Of a DNA stretch of 64,000 nt, positions 1-12,900 are shown in pieces; the first letter of the stretch is position 1, and every line of letters begins with the position of its first letter. The notes beneath the pieces were generated by a model. It was not told the origin of the DNA. It saw only the letters and a list, made by a program, of their open reading frames with translations, and did not search any database. Origin of the DNA: Lama glama (lineage: Eukaryota); the NCBI GenBank assembly GCA_028534125.1, contig CM052832.1:10108001-10172000 (forward strand), read 5' to 3'. A program made the translations under genes and the position numbers.

Positions 1-529
1 TTCATCCAGAGACAGAACCACACCTGTGTGACCATCCACCCGTCCACTCACTCCCGTCATTCATTTGTGGAATCCTGGAATGTCAGGGCTCGAAGGGGCT
101 TTGGAGATTATCTGGTCCAGTGGCTTTTAAACTAGCATGCATTTTTTACAGAAAGGCTTTGGTGGAGGTTCTATAGAGGAATCAGATCAGTGAGGGTTGG
201 GGGTGGTATTGGGAGGATGGGGGTGGTGTCCAGGGTCCAGCCTTCTCACCCCACCCCCTGCTCTGTACCCCCAGAGTGCAGTTGGCCCTGGAGCTGTGTC
301 CAGATACCCAGTCCACAAGAACCTGTTGCCTTCAGTCACAGACTAAGGGTTTACCATTACAGCAACTCATTCTCCCCAACCTCTGAGCTGCACAGACCTG
401 GGTCCTAACCTCAAGCTCCCCATCTCTACTTACAGAGCTGCCTGACCTTGGGCAAATAAATTGAGTAAGCTTTACACCCTGTATCTGTTTCCTTTTCTAA
501 AAAATGGGAATAGTAACAGGACCTACACG

Positions 530-963
530 TTACTGTGTAACAACACCCCAAAACTTAGTGGCTTAAAACAGCCCATGTCCTGTCTCTCCTAGTGTAGGGG
601 CCAGCTGGGCTCAGCTTGATGGTTCTTCTGCTGGTCTTTCTCGTAGCTGCAGCTCGGAGCCCCAGCCCCCATCATCTGGAGGACAGTTCCAACTGCTGGG
701 ATGGCCAGGCTTCTTGCTCTCCGTGGACTCCCAGGCTCTCGCCTCTCCACCCAAGGTCTCCAGCTGCACAACCAGACTTCTGATACAGCAGCTTAGAGTT
801 CTCCTAAGCACAAAAGTGCCAGGCCTTCTTAAGACCAAGGCCCAGAAGTGGAATGGCCTCATTTCTGCTGCATCCAATTGGTTACATTCAAGGGGAAAAG
901 AAATGAACTCCACTTCTTAGTGGGGGAATGACAAAGAATTCACATTCATCATTAATCCACCAC
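530..963 (-). mobile_element. ERVL-MaLR LTR (MLT1 type)
   Basis: ctgtgtaacaacaccccaaaacttagtggcttaaaaca and ctgggctcagct signatures. Confidence 0.7.
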
Positions 964-2356
964 CGACTGTGTGACCTTGAGCAAGAAAATTACTTAACCT
1001 TTCTGATTTCCCATCTGTGTTCTCATCTGTGAAAAATAAATACATGAAATCCATAGAAATCCATGGAAAGTACTTAGAATAGTGCCTGGCACATAGTGAG
1101 TCCTCAGTCTATGTTAGCTGGAGCTATTTTTATTTCTAACCCATATGCCTAGCCCTGTGCTACGTAACTGGTGACGGGGGAGGGTTACAAGAGTCATGGC
1201 AAAAACAGTTTATACTCCTGATAATAAATAATCTAGTTCATGAGATAAAATTAACACACGCAGAGATCAAAGTACTAATTCAAGGCATTGTGTAATTAAG
1301 GAGCCCATGAGAGGTTACAGATAACATACTTGAGGAAGCTGGAGGACAAGGAGATTGGACGCGGAGGCTGGGTGGCCAGTGAAGGCTTCAAGGAGGAAGG
1401 GGGCTGCCCGCCGAGAGTGGGTGGTCTCACGGTTCAGCACAGTCTCAGCCCAGCTCTCTATTTTCACGTCTTAGCTCTGCCACTTTCTGGCTGTGCCTCT
1501 GTGACCTCAGTAGGTGCTTAGCCTCTCTTTGCATCGGTTTCCTTCCTGTAACATGTGTCCATCTCCTAGGACTCAGGTGAGGAGTAACTGATTTATTTCC
1601 TATAAAGGGCAGCAGGGTAGCAGCATTGGACACGTGGTAGGTGCTCAGCAGATTGAGTTAATCTCATCATCCCTCAAGAGAGGAGACTTCGGCTAGGTGG
1701 AGAGGAGGAACCAAGGTCTCCGGGTGTATGGAAACAGTGTGTAAAGCAGGACGGTGCACCTGTCATGCTCAGGGATGGAGAGAGGTGGCCTGGCACAGGT
1801 GGAGATGTTTGAGGGGTGGATGGCAAGAGCTAAGGCGGAGAGGAGTGCGGAGCATAGGCTGTGGGAGGCTTCAAGCCCAGCTGGAGTAGTTCAGGCTTCC
1901 AGCTTTCTAACAAGGGAAGGGTGCCATCTGGGCTATGCGTGAGGGAGACCCTGGCAGTGGCGTGCAGGTGGATTAAAGACAGAGGGAGGCTTAGGGGACC
2001 ATTGCCACGATTTAGGCATGAAATGGGCCTGCCCTGAACTTTGGTGGAGGCAGGGGGAAGGGGAGGGACTGGCTGCCCGGAGAGGGAGTCATTTCGGTTC
2101 TGGGGGAGCCCCTACCTCCTGCCCATTCGATGGCCGTGCCTGGCTGCTGGCTTCTGCCTTGGCTTCCTCCCTCTGGGGCCAGGCTTGAAGGCTGCACTCA
2201 GGAAGGGGGAAGCACAGAGCCAGCTCCACCCTCAGAGAAAGGGGACGCCGTCTGGTCTTACAATGTGGACCTGGACCCAAAGGAGCAATTCTGGAAGGGG
2301 CTGTGGCCCAGACCAGGCCTGCAGGCCCAGACTGGGAGCGTGAACCCAGCACTGGC

Positions 2357-2481
2357 TGTGTGTGTGTGTGTGTGTGTGTGAGACTGTATGTGTAGGAGAG
2401 TGTGTATTTGTTGTCTGTGTGTGTGAGAGCATGTGTATTTGTTGTGTGTGTCTGTGTGTGAGAGAGAGACTGTGAGTGTGT
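2357..2481. repeat. Compound (TG)n/(AG)n microsatellite
   Basis: Perfect TG run followed by degenerate TG/AG units. Confidence 0.9.
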
Positions 2482-4364
2482 TACAAAGCAGGAAGGGGGG
2501 GACCATATGTCTATTTTCTCTGGGAAACAGACGTCTCCTCAAGTAGGTGAGAGAGACAGTAAGGGAAAGAGAGAAGCGGGTTAGAGGATCGGCTCCACAT
2601 TAGCAAATAAACTGTCCCATGCACCGGGCCTGCGCGTGTCAGTTTTTCTGATTTTTTGGATATTTTCCTCTCTTTCTCTCTCTCTCAATCTTCCTCTTCC
2701 AGTGTTTCTTTCTTTCTCTCTTTCCCAAGCTCACACACCCGTGCTGAGCCACAGGTGGTATCCCTGTGGCTGGTGGCTCTGACTGTGAGGAGGAGCCCCC
2801 CTGGGCTCAGGCCTCTCCTGCGTTCAGGGCCCGCCACGAGGGGGTGGGGGAACCAACCAGCTCACTCTCCCCATCTTGCCTCCGCTCAACTTGCCTTGTG
2901 TCTACACCCTTCCCTCTGCTTCTCCCCCAGCAAACACTTAATGAGCACACACGGTGCTGCAGGCACTGGTCCAGGCCCAGGGGCTTGGGGGCAAGCCGAA
3001 TCTGGGCTCCTCCCGACCCAGCACCCTTGCTCTGGGAGAGTGGGATGGGAAGGGAGCATCTTTGGCTTAATATCCAGGCATCAAGTGCCAGAAAGGAAAC
3101 CCCCTCCCTGGTTTGCCCTGGAGCTTTGTGGTTTTGTGCCTGCTCTTCTGTCTCCCTTTCTGGTGAGAAGTACAGAGAAATTGGAGCCAGAGAGACCTGG
3201 GTTCAAACCCCTCTTTCCAGCTGTGGGATCTGCAGCAAGATGCAGCTTCACCTCTCTGGTTTCTGTATTTCCTTGTCCAGATTGTGACGTTTATTGTTGA
3301 GTCGTTGGGAGAATGAAACGAGAAAATGAACCGAAGTGCCTAACAAAGCCATTTTCTCCCTTTTCCGTCTTGTTTCTTTTTCTTATTCCTTTTCTTTCAT
3401 TTCTTTAAGAAAAATCGAATGAGCCTTCAACATGCCAGGACTGTGGGAGAAGGGGAGGGGCCGGAGTCCTGGTGTCCACTCTCCCAGAAGCAAGTCTCCA
3501 GCTAGAGCCTGGCAGCCCAGCCCCAGTCTCCGCTCCGTCATGTCCCATCTTCATCCTTCGGGAAGTGGGGAGCCCTGAAGGTGATACCTGCGATTTCCAA
3601 CAGGATCTGGCTGTGCCAAGTGATGGGGAGGAGGAAGTGGGGCAGCGGGGGCTGGGCACCACCAATGCTCTCCCACCCCTGTCACTCCTCTTCTTCAACT
3701 TCCCTCCTCCCTCCCTGCGACACTCCTCTCTCTCCCTCCCTCACTTCTCCTCTCGCTCTATTCCCCTCTCCCCTTCGGCTCCCCCTGCGGCTTGCCAGCT
3801 GCCAGCAGATGACATCTCCTTTCATGTTTGGGGCTGAGCGAGGCTTTGAATGTTCGTTTGATTCCGTTAAGATAATAGCTGGTTCACTGTCAGATGCAGA
3901 CTGATCAGTTAAAACCTTAATCACTGCCTGTCTCCTCACACGGCACTTATTTTTTAAGAGATTAATCCCCTCAGCCCTGCTGAAGCTCACATTCCCCCTG
4001 GAAAAAAAGGCAAGGTTTGTGCTACCCTTGTTTTTATTATTGTTATTATTGCCACCCTCGTTACTCTGCGTGTGAACTCCCTCCCTCTGTTCTTTCAGCT
4101 GTTCCTTTCTTTCTTTTTTCCCCCTTTGGGTTCCCAGTCTTCCCCCAGCTCACTTGTGTTCTCTGTCACGCACACACACAATCAGCTGTGGCTCTCCAGA
4201 CAGAATGTGAGCCTGATAGTCCTGTGCACGCCCTCCCTGCCACCATGCACACACCTGGATGCTGTGCACTCACAGCATGGGAACAGGACACAGTCCAGGC
4301 ACACACAGAGCAGGGCTGCTGGAGGATGCAGTCCTGTGCCACAGGCTGATCTTTGCAGTCAAAC

Positions 4365-4504
4365 GGGGGAGAGGGTATAGCCCAGTGGTAGAGCATGTGT
4401 TTAGCATATACAAGGTTCTGGGTTCAATCCCCAGTACCTCCATTAAAAATAAATTAATTAATAAACCTGATTACCTCCTCCTTCAAAAACAAAACAAAAC
4501 AAAA
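4365..4504 (+). mobile_element. tRNA-derived SINE, camelid Vic-1 type
   Basis: GGGGAGAGGGTATAGCCCAGTGGTAGAGC (A box), GGTTCAATCCC (B box), then AATAAACC-T-GATTACCTCC and an A-rich tail. Confidence 0.85.
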
Positions 4505-7500
4505 GGTGGTTCTGAAATCAAACAGACCTGCCCCGTTCCTCCCTCAAGCATTCACATGCTGTGTGATTTTGGAGAGGAGCCTCAGTTTCCTCATCTGTAA
4601 AATGGGCACAAGAACACTCACTGTGGGGAGGCTGTGAGCACTGAATACAAGGAAACGCATAGGGTACCCACAGCAGAGACTTAGGCACAGGGCAAGGGTG
4701 TAGTGTTATTCCTGCTTCTCGTTCCTACCTCCCAGATTCTATGGAAATATCTTTCCTAGAGGTTGCCCAGTCCCTTCCTGAAGATGATACGTCCTCTGTA
4801 GGCCTTTTTGCGGATACTCCTCATGTGATCACCTGTCTCAACCAACAAGTCTTACCCAGGATCCAGGAAGGAGAGTCTGCTTGAGGCTGACCCGTAAAGG
4901 GAAGGCTTACAGTTGAATCTAGAATTTGACAGAGGAGAGTAACCCAGAGACCATCCAGTCCAACCCCTCAAAGTATAGGAAGAGGCCGAGGCTCTGAGAG
5001 GGGTGACTTGCCCTGGGTCTCACAGTGTGTTATAGCAGGGCTGGGGCTAGAATTCAGCCCTGGCTTTGCACTACCCCACCCAAGGAGAAAGAGTCAGTAA
5101 ACAACCAACCAACACATACTTAGCACGTACTATGGGCCCAGCCCTAGGCCATTGGAGAGAACAACCAGGCTGAGCCAACCCGGTGGCACTAGGTTGGCTT
5201 AGACCCTTTCCTGCTCTGGCTGGTGCTGCAGACACAGGAAGTCCTTCTAGAGGAGGTGGCATGGATTTGGGATGGCAGGACGCCCAGGCAGGGAGATAGA
5301 AACAAGCACCTGAGGGCCACTGGGGACCCCAGCCAGGTCCAGCCTGGCTCCTAGGCTTAGTGAGGCGATCTTACAGAGGTCAGGAGCTGTGCGTGTTGCC
5401 CATCACCTTGGAGGTCGCAAAACAAAGCATCGATGGTGTAACTGCAGCTGCAGAGATTGGCACTTTCTGACCCTGAGGCTTGGGAACAAGGGACCAGAGA
5501 GGCCTGGCATCCCCATCATTGATGTCATTCTGTCCTTCCTTCATAGTAAGGCATTAGGAGTTTGGGGTCTGGAGCTAGACTGCCTGGGTTTGAATTGCTT
5601 GCTAGCTGGATACCTTGGTCAGTTTCCTTTTCTAAACCGGAAATAATGATAGCATTTAGCACTTTGTGGCTGGTACAGAGAAAGTGCTACCTAAGTCTTA
5701 GTCATGACTGTTCAGTAAAGATGTACTGCACATTTAAATGTTCCAGGCCTTGCCCCAGGTGCTAGGGATGCAGAATTGAACAGGACATGGTTCTGCCGCC
5801 AGGATGAGCTCAGTCTAGTGGGGAGGCAGACAAGTCAACCTGAAGTTGTAGTCCTGGGTATGGCACACGGGGCCCAATCTCAGGGATGCAGGGCAGCTTC
5901 CTGGAAGAAGTGGATCATGAGCTCTACATAGGTTAGACTTTGTTTTTCCCATTGCTATATCCCCAGTGCCTAAAATGGGGCCTGGCACAAAGTCAATCTT
6001 TGCTGGATGGACCAGGGAGGAGCTAGCTGAGCTCCATCCTAAAGGAGGAGCAGGACGACAGCCCTCCCCTCCCTGGGTCTCAATCTTCCCTGCGAAAAGA
6101 GGGCTTGGACTATTTGGAGCCCAAGGGCCCTGCTGGCTGTACTAGGGATCCATGCCAACTGACAGGGGTGGGCTGAGGATGGGATAAAATGAGGATGGAG
6201 GTAGAGGAGGGGGATGGGAAGGATGAGGAGGATAGGGTAGGGTTTCATGCTAAGTGACAGAGGCCCCGATGGGGGATGGGGAAGTAGAGGTGAGGGTGGG
6301 TTCTGTTCCTGTTTAGAGTTGGGGGCTAGAAAGGGTCGAGGGGCCTGAAACATCCTCCCTCAGTTGTCCACTCCAGCAGGAGGCAGCCCGGGGTTAATGG
6401 CATGACATCCCTGCGGCAGTCGGCCCGATGGGTTTCTGATGCCTTTTCTAATTTGGTGAGCACTGAAGATTAGAAGGCAGGGAGAAGAGAGTTTTCCTCT
6501 CGCAGGTTATTATCCTGCCAACTCCCCGGGCGCCCAAGGGAGGGAGTCAGCGTGTTCCAGGAGAAAAGGAAGCAGGGCCTGGCATTCTGGATCGAGTGCC
6601 CCTGGGGAGCGGGGAGGGAGCCAAGGCTGGTGCAAATAAAATTGATGCTATTAATGGATCTGGTGCTGGTTGAAATGGGAACAGCAGCCGTCTCAGCAGC
6701 AGCAGAACGGGTGGGAGGAGGGAAGTGGGCTTCCTGGAAGTAGAACTCACAAATGCTGAAAGTCTTTGCCTTGAAGGGACCCCAGATTTGCCTTTTCCTG
6801 AAAAAAGAGGGGCATCCTCACCATGAAGGTCACATGGGCCTTCTTCCCCAACCCCACCCCTCCTAGACCCTTGGTCTGGGCTGAGGCCACTCCCAGCTTC
6901 TCCTGGAAAGGCCAATGCCTCCAGGCTGCAGGTCTCAGGACCTGGATCTAGAGAATTCCATCACACATTTGGCCCTGCTCCCACTAGGTGAAGGGAAGGC
7001 AGACTGGGGGACTTGGCTATTCTGGAGCCAGAAAGAGGTCCAGGACAGCCCTCCTGGTCAGAAAGAGCCTGGTCAGTCTCTGATGACAAAAGTCCCACCA
7101 TTAGTGCATCCCAGGTGGACTGAGGCTGAGGGGTGTTGTGGAAGGGCACCAGCCTAGAGGCCAGGAATGCTGAGTTCCACTTCCCCCCTGACCCACTGAC
7201 TAGCTGTGTGACCTCACCCTGGGCACCAACTCTCTTTGGACTTCACTTTCCCCAATATGCTGAGGATCTGAAGTCAATGTTTTCCCGGGTCCTGCTGGAG
7301 GCTGTGGCCTGTGTTGAAGTGTGCCTGACTCTGAGGTCACACATCAGCTCCTCTGGGAGCCTGTCTACCCAGTCACAGCCAGGACTGAGCTAGAGGACAG
7401 GACAGAGGAGATGGGGGTCAGAGCAGCATGCGGCTGCTACAGAAGAAGCCTTGGGGAGGCAGGTGGGAGGGAAGCACAGTCCACGCTGCGCACTGGGCTG

Positions 7501-7576
7501 CCTGCCAGCCGCTGGGTGAGGGGCGTTCCATGAGGGTCCAGATAGTGGTAGCCTTGTGAGGTGCCTTTTCCAGACC

Positions 7577-8450
7577 AGTGGGGTACCCAATTATTAGATA
7601 CCCCAAGTGAATCATTTTAAACACCCCTACATGTAACACAATTACTGTCATAATAAATGATAAATAACAAATAATAATGGCCAAAAAAAACCCAGTGAAA
7701 ATGTTATTTTACTAAACCTTGTCTAATCATACCAATCAATACATAATAAATAAAATTAATATTACACTACAGAAAAGACAAAAATAATTGACTAATACTT
7801 TAAAAATTATATTAATGGCTTTTGGGGGGAGGGGAAGAAACACATAAAGTAGAAATCCCCAAAGAGTGAAGTCTGCAAGTTGCAAGGATGATTTGCATGG
7901 AGAACGGCGGGATGGAGCCTGTGACTTTGTCTTTGCAATCACTGCATGTCATGGTTTATTTTTGAAACCGCCGTTTAAACACAGGGATGTACAGAACTGC
8001 AGGTGTTGAGACACGCACTGTGACTGAAGCCTGCACTAATGACTCTGAATTGTTACAAACTTATTCTCAGAGTGAAGAGTGTAGCAAGTTCTGTGTGTTC
8101 CAGGCTGACCGTATTCAGGAGAGTTCTTCAGATGAACTATCATGTACAATCTTTATGAAAGACTAAGTAACAGAGAGCCTCACATTTGAAGCTCATGTCT
8201 ATATTATTAAAACTCAAAAGTAACCACAGTAATTGCTTAGAATTTAGCAGAGCAGAAGGGATTTTTTTTTTCCAAGGGAGGGATATTTAATCACAGACAC
8301 AGAATTGCTGGTGCATGGTGATAAGAAAAAAGCAGATTGACTTCTAGTCAATTTTATTATTGTTTTAAAATCCTCTACAGACAATGAATCTTTTCTTTGA
8401 CTGCACTTGAGGCAGATTGCTCCCTCTGCCCCCTAACCCTAGTTCTCCAT
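7577..8450. mobile_element. Possible ancient hAT (Tip100-like) DNA transposon remnant
   Basis: Abrupt AT-rich block bounded by cagtggggtacc and gcagattgctccctctgcccc..ctag, resembling Tip100-class termini. Confidence 0.4.
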
Positions 8451-9399
8451 GTTCCAGAAACCTTGGCTCCGAACCGTTCCCAATCCAGGCAAGTTAAGAA
8501 AATAGAGGCAAACAGCAATATATGTTAACCATTGTCATTGTTGCTGTTATTTAAAAAAAATAAAGAATCTAGCAAGTTTCTACTAGCACTTGTACCATGG
8601 TCTAAGAATTACATTTAGTACTTCACATCCACTAGCTCATTTGATGCTCACAGTCATCTTGGGAGGTAGGTTTTATTAAGCCCATTTTATAGATAAGGCA
8701 ACTGAGGCTGGGGGTGGGGTTGCATACATTCAGTTTACACAGCTGGTAAGCATTAGAGATGAATTCGAACTGTGAAGCTCATGCTCTCAACTTCTATACA
8801 ATGGACAGATAAATTCGTGCAAGAATTAAATGAAATAGTGCAATAAGTGATTAGCATATAGTCTAATTCATAATGATAATAGTAATAATAATAAATGATA
8901 GAATCCTTCTGAAATATAACAACAGTGCTTGCATATTCCTGGCACAAAAGAGGGAGCTAAGAAGAATGACAATACAAGAGTTTACTTGATGACACATCCA
9001 ATGAGCAGAGCCAGCAATTACAGATATTCAGAGGAGAGGGGACCATTTTGAAAGGCCAAGGGGTCAGAGAAGACTTCCTGGAGGAGGCTGCTATTCATTT
9101 TGGCTTTTAAACAGGCTGCCCTCAGGAGCATCACCTGCCCTGCTCCTACTCCATCATCCAGGTAAAACATGCTTTGTCTCGGTGACTGATCAGGGCAGAG
9201 AACCTAGTGTGGCCCCAGGCCCAAACCTCTTCCTTCTCTCTGAAGACTCAGCCTTCTGCTCAAGGCCACCCCTGCCTCCCAGGTTGAGTCGTGCTTCCTC
9301 CACCACTCCTGCCTCTGCATTGTGCTAATTGGCAATCATGGAAGAATCCCTTCCCCCAGCCCCACCCCCTACACAGACAGAAGGGCTTTATTTCTATTT

Positions 9400-9620
9400 C
9401 ATTTAACTATCATTGATTGAGTGCTCACTGGGTGCCAGGCCTGTTCTAAATACTTTTAAACATTAGCTGTTCAATCCTCATCATAAGCCTAGGAGGTGGT
9501 TACTACTATTACCTTCATTTTACAGATGGGAAAACTGAGGCACAGATACTCACTTAGTAAATGGCAGCTGAGATTCAAACCCAGGCAGTCTGACTGCCAA
9601 CTCTGTGTGTTTAACCACCG
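9400..9620 (-). mobile_element. MIR SINE (representative; similar copies at ~8590-8800, 13915-14150, 15590-15780, 18590-18740, 31090-31300, 39780-39960)
   Basis: MIR core cattttacagatgggaaaactgaggcacaga ... gattcaaacccaggcagtctgact. Confidence 0.8.
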
Positions 9621-9796
9621 AGCTAAGCTTTGAGAGCAGGAGGGGTTCTCTAGTCTTCTCTGCAGCCCCTACAAACCTGGGCCTTGGGTCTTTCTCCTAC
9701 AGTGTCAAGTGATGCGGAAATTTTTCTTTGAATGAATTGAACTGAGCTCACTTCTCTGACACATGGCTTCCTTACACCATGGGGGTCTAACTGGAA

Positions 9797-9970
9797 CCAG
9801 TGACTCTCAACTGAGGATGGTTTGTTCCCCTCGTCCTTGGGGACACTTGACAATCTCTGGGGGCATGTGTGGTTATCACAGCTGGAAGAGGACGTGTGTG
9901 TGCTATCAGCAACTGGCGGGTAGAGGCCAGGGATGCTGCTAAACACCCTGAAATGCACAGACAAGCCCCT
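9797..9970 (+). mobile_element. MER20 fragment
   Basis: ggggacacttgacaat ... gggtagaggccagggatgctgctaaacaccctg. Confidence 0.7.
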
Positions 9971-11769
9971 GAGTCTCCGTTTTCTCATCTCTAAAGCAGG
10001 ACTTAATAATACTGACTTCACAGGCTTTGGTCAGGGCCAGCCAAAATAATGGTCAGGATGGTAATTGCTATTGTGACTATGATGGGGAGGGAAATGTGGG
10101 ACTTGGGGTGAATCATGCAGTCCCAAGCCTGCCTGCTCCTGCTCCCTCCCTGAGGAGGTGCCCTTTTTGTTGGTGGGGGAAGGGGGTAGATCTTCTCGCT
10201 CCTCCTCACTCCGCCCTCTCTGGGAAAGGGAGGGAGGAATGAGGAGTCCCACTAGAGTCCTAGGCCTGCATGTCTCCATGTCTCCGGGAACAGTAGGCAG
10301 AAGAGCCGTGGGTCGGGGACATGCTCAGGGGCCAGCGGAGACTCAGCCGCCAGCAAACCCGGGTCTGTCCCATTGAGGTGTGGAAGCCACTTCCCTAGAC
10401 AGTAGCAATTATCGCAATCAAACTGTTGACATCAATTGCGCACAGGGCCAAGGGCTACCGCGGCTGCGCGGGTGCCTCGGCTTTGCATATCCTAATGTGG
10501 ACTGACAGACGCTCACCCTCGGGTGCGCTGGCCTTGCCAGCTCTCAGCTGTTTCTGTGGCACCAATTTCAAGAGCCAAATTACTGCCAGGGCCTGCCCAT
10601 TTGCAGCATAGAACAGCATCCCAAAGGCAGAAAGGCTTGCACCTCCAGGGGCCCTGGAATCTGCAGTGCAGGGCACATAGGGTTGGCTGCAATCGCCCTT
10701 CCCACGAGGGCACGCAGCGGGCTGAGTACGCTGGGTCCTGCAGAAAGCATCCACCAGGTCCCGCTACCCCACTCAGGGAACCCACAGTGCACTGCCAAAA
10801 GGTGCTCGGCCTCACTCTGTGTGCCCTACACTGAGACTAGACGACTCACTCTTTGTCCCCTATCCCCAGGGAGAGGAGAGCAGGAGGCTCTTTTAGAAAG
10901 TAGAGCTCCCCTAAAAGGAAGCTGGGGGTGGGGAGCGGGTAGTAAGCAGGGTTTTGCTGGGCAGGCAGGAGTGCCAGCCATGCACCTAGGGACTCAGCTA
11001 CAAATAGCAGAGGCCAGAAACCCAGCCTTCATGGTGGAGGTATGAGGATGGCCTGGGCCTGAGTTCATGTCTTGGTATGGGGCCGTCAGAGACCCATGGA
11101 ACTTTAGTTTCCTGACTTGTAAAGACCTTCTAGTTTTAGGACAAAATCCCCAAAGCAGGAGTTCCATCCTGGTAAGGACATAGGTAAATCCGGGTTAGGA
11201 TTCAAACGTCAGGCGTTGAGATAACCAGGGCAACACGCTTTCTCCGGGCTTACATTTGACTTCATCTTCCTCCCCCTTATAGGGTGCAAATTTCTGGAAA
11301 ACCCAGTTCATCCTCTGACCCTTGCACAGTTCCAGGCATCCTGGAAGGCTACTGGGTAGTGAAGGAGAAATGAATCCAGTTCTGGGCTGTTCTTTCAAGT
11401 TCCCAGCTTTCACAAAGCGCAAGCCCTTTATCCACCAGCACCTCTCAGCCTCTCCAAGGCTGGGTACCCTCTGCATCTGAGACGCATGGTGGCGCCAGGA
11501 GTCTCTGAAGTGGCATGGTACTAGGCTCTGTGAGAGGGGGTGCTCGGGGTCTAACATGTCTCCTCTTTGCCCCTAGACCCTCCCTGAACTCTATGCCAGC
11601 CAGCTGTCTGGCCTGCCTGAAAGTCAAGGTCTGAGGTGGGAGGGAAGCCCTCAGGAGCAGGTAGACTCGCCATCTGTGCCCGGCGGCCTCTTTGCCACTT
11701 GGGTAGAAGGCGGATCACCTTACAAGAGCATTTTCCCAGACGAAGAATTTTCCTAATGTGTCTGCCTCT

Positions 11770-12900
11770 TAGTGCATGCGCGCACGCGGGGATGGGCACG
11801 CGCGCGCGCGCGCGCGCACACACACACACACACACACTCCCCAGCACACTCTTTGAACTTCCCACTCGAGCCTCGGTTCTACCAGCACAATCTCTTAGAC
11901 GCACCTCCATCCTATTTTACGATCTTGAAAAAAATGAACCCTTTCCCGGAAAACTGAGCATTCCTCCCTCCCCTAAAGGTGTTTGGACCTCCCCTGTGTT
12001 CAAACAGAAAAACAGAGATTTAGCAGGGGCAGGGGATCCCAGAAGGGCGGGGAGTGAGGCTGGGACTCTGGGGGCCGTGAAACTGACGCGCCGCTGATGG
12101 AAGAACTCCAACTCGGCATTTAGAGGGCACCTCCCGCGTGCTTGTGCAGGGTTCTGTCCCCGGGCTGCCCATCCTCTGCCCAGGCATGAGACACAGTAGT
12201 GCCAGGGTAACTGCCCTACTTTCGAGACGTGGCCTGGGGACCTCACTGAAGTACCCAGCGGCGCTCCGGGCCTGTACCCTCGAGGCTGAAAGCGCAGTTT
12301 CCGCGTGGATATCCGGAGCGGATCTCCTGGCTGCGTCTCTCCTGAGTCCGGCTCAAGCCCGGCGGCCCAGGGATCTGGATTCTAGGCCTCCAACTTGGAG
12401 ACGCCAGAGTCGTTGGCGCGAGAACACCAGGGTTTCGCCCGAGGTCAGGGCAGCGGGGCGTGGCGGCGTCCCCTCGGGCTCTCGCCGCCACGTGCGCGTT
12501 GCGTCCGGCCTCCGGGCGGTCACATTAGTCACTGTCCCCGCCTCGTGTGGCGCCGGGCCCAGGCTGCCGAGGCAGACGCCGGGCTTGGGTGCCAAGCGGA
12601 AGTGGGTGAGATCCCGTCGTGCGCCGGGCGGAGAGAAGCCCGCCACCCTGGGCCGGGTGGGACACCCGGACCACCGCGCGCCGCTCCGCGGCCGCCCCCA
12701 ACGTCGGGCGACATTACCCCCAGGGCCTGGCGATTCCCCGGGCCTCGGGAGGGCGGGCGACGCCCCTGACAAGGACCTGGAGTGTTTATCTGTATATCGA
12801 GTCAGCAAGTGCATCGGCTTTAAAAGGCCAAGCGGGGTTCCTGGGGATTAACGATCAGACACAGGGAGCCCTGTTCTCTCCCTCTCCGCCCTCTTTCCCA
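11770..12900. promoter_or_regulatory. CpG island (orphan; no associated coding exon seen)
   Basis: Visibly GC-rich with dense CpG relative to CpG-depleted flanks; boundaries estimated by eye. Confidence 0.8.
11796..11837. repeat. (CG)9(CA)10 alternating purine-pyrimidine tract
   Basis: Direct read of the sequence. Confidence 0.95.

Noticed and set aside
2656..3300. 214-aa and 173-aa + strand ORFs
   Set aside because: Begin in CT-rich low-complexity sequence and end in a MIR-like repeat; no homology recognised.
4365..4440. tRNA gene candidate (A and B boxes)
   Set aside because: Followed by a SINE body and A-rich tail, multi-copy in the window, and one copy has a TSD: a SINE, not a tRNA.
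12138..12851. 237-aa ORF and overlapping ORFs in the first CpG island
   Set aside because: Arg/Gly/Pro/Ala-rich with no domain; long ORFs in several frames on both strands are expected from stop-codon scarcity in GC-rich DNA.
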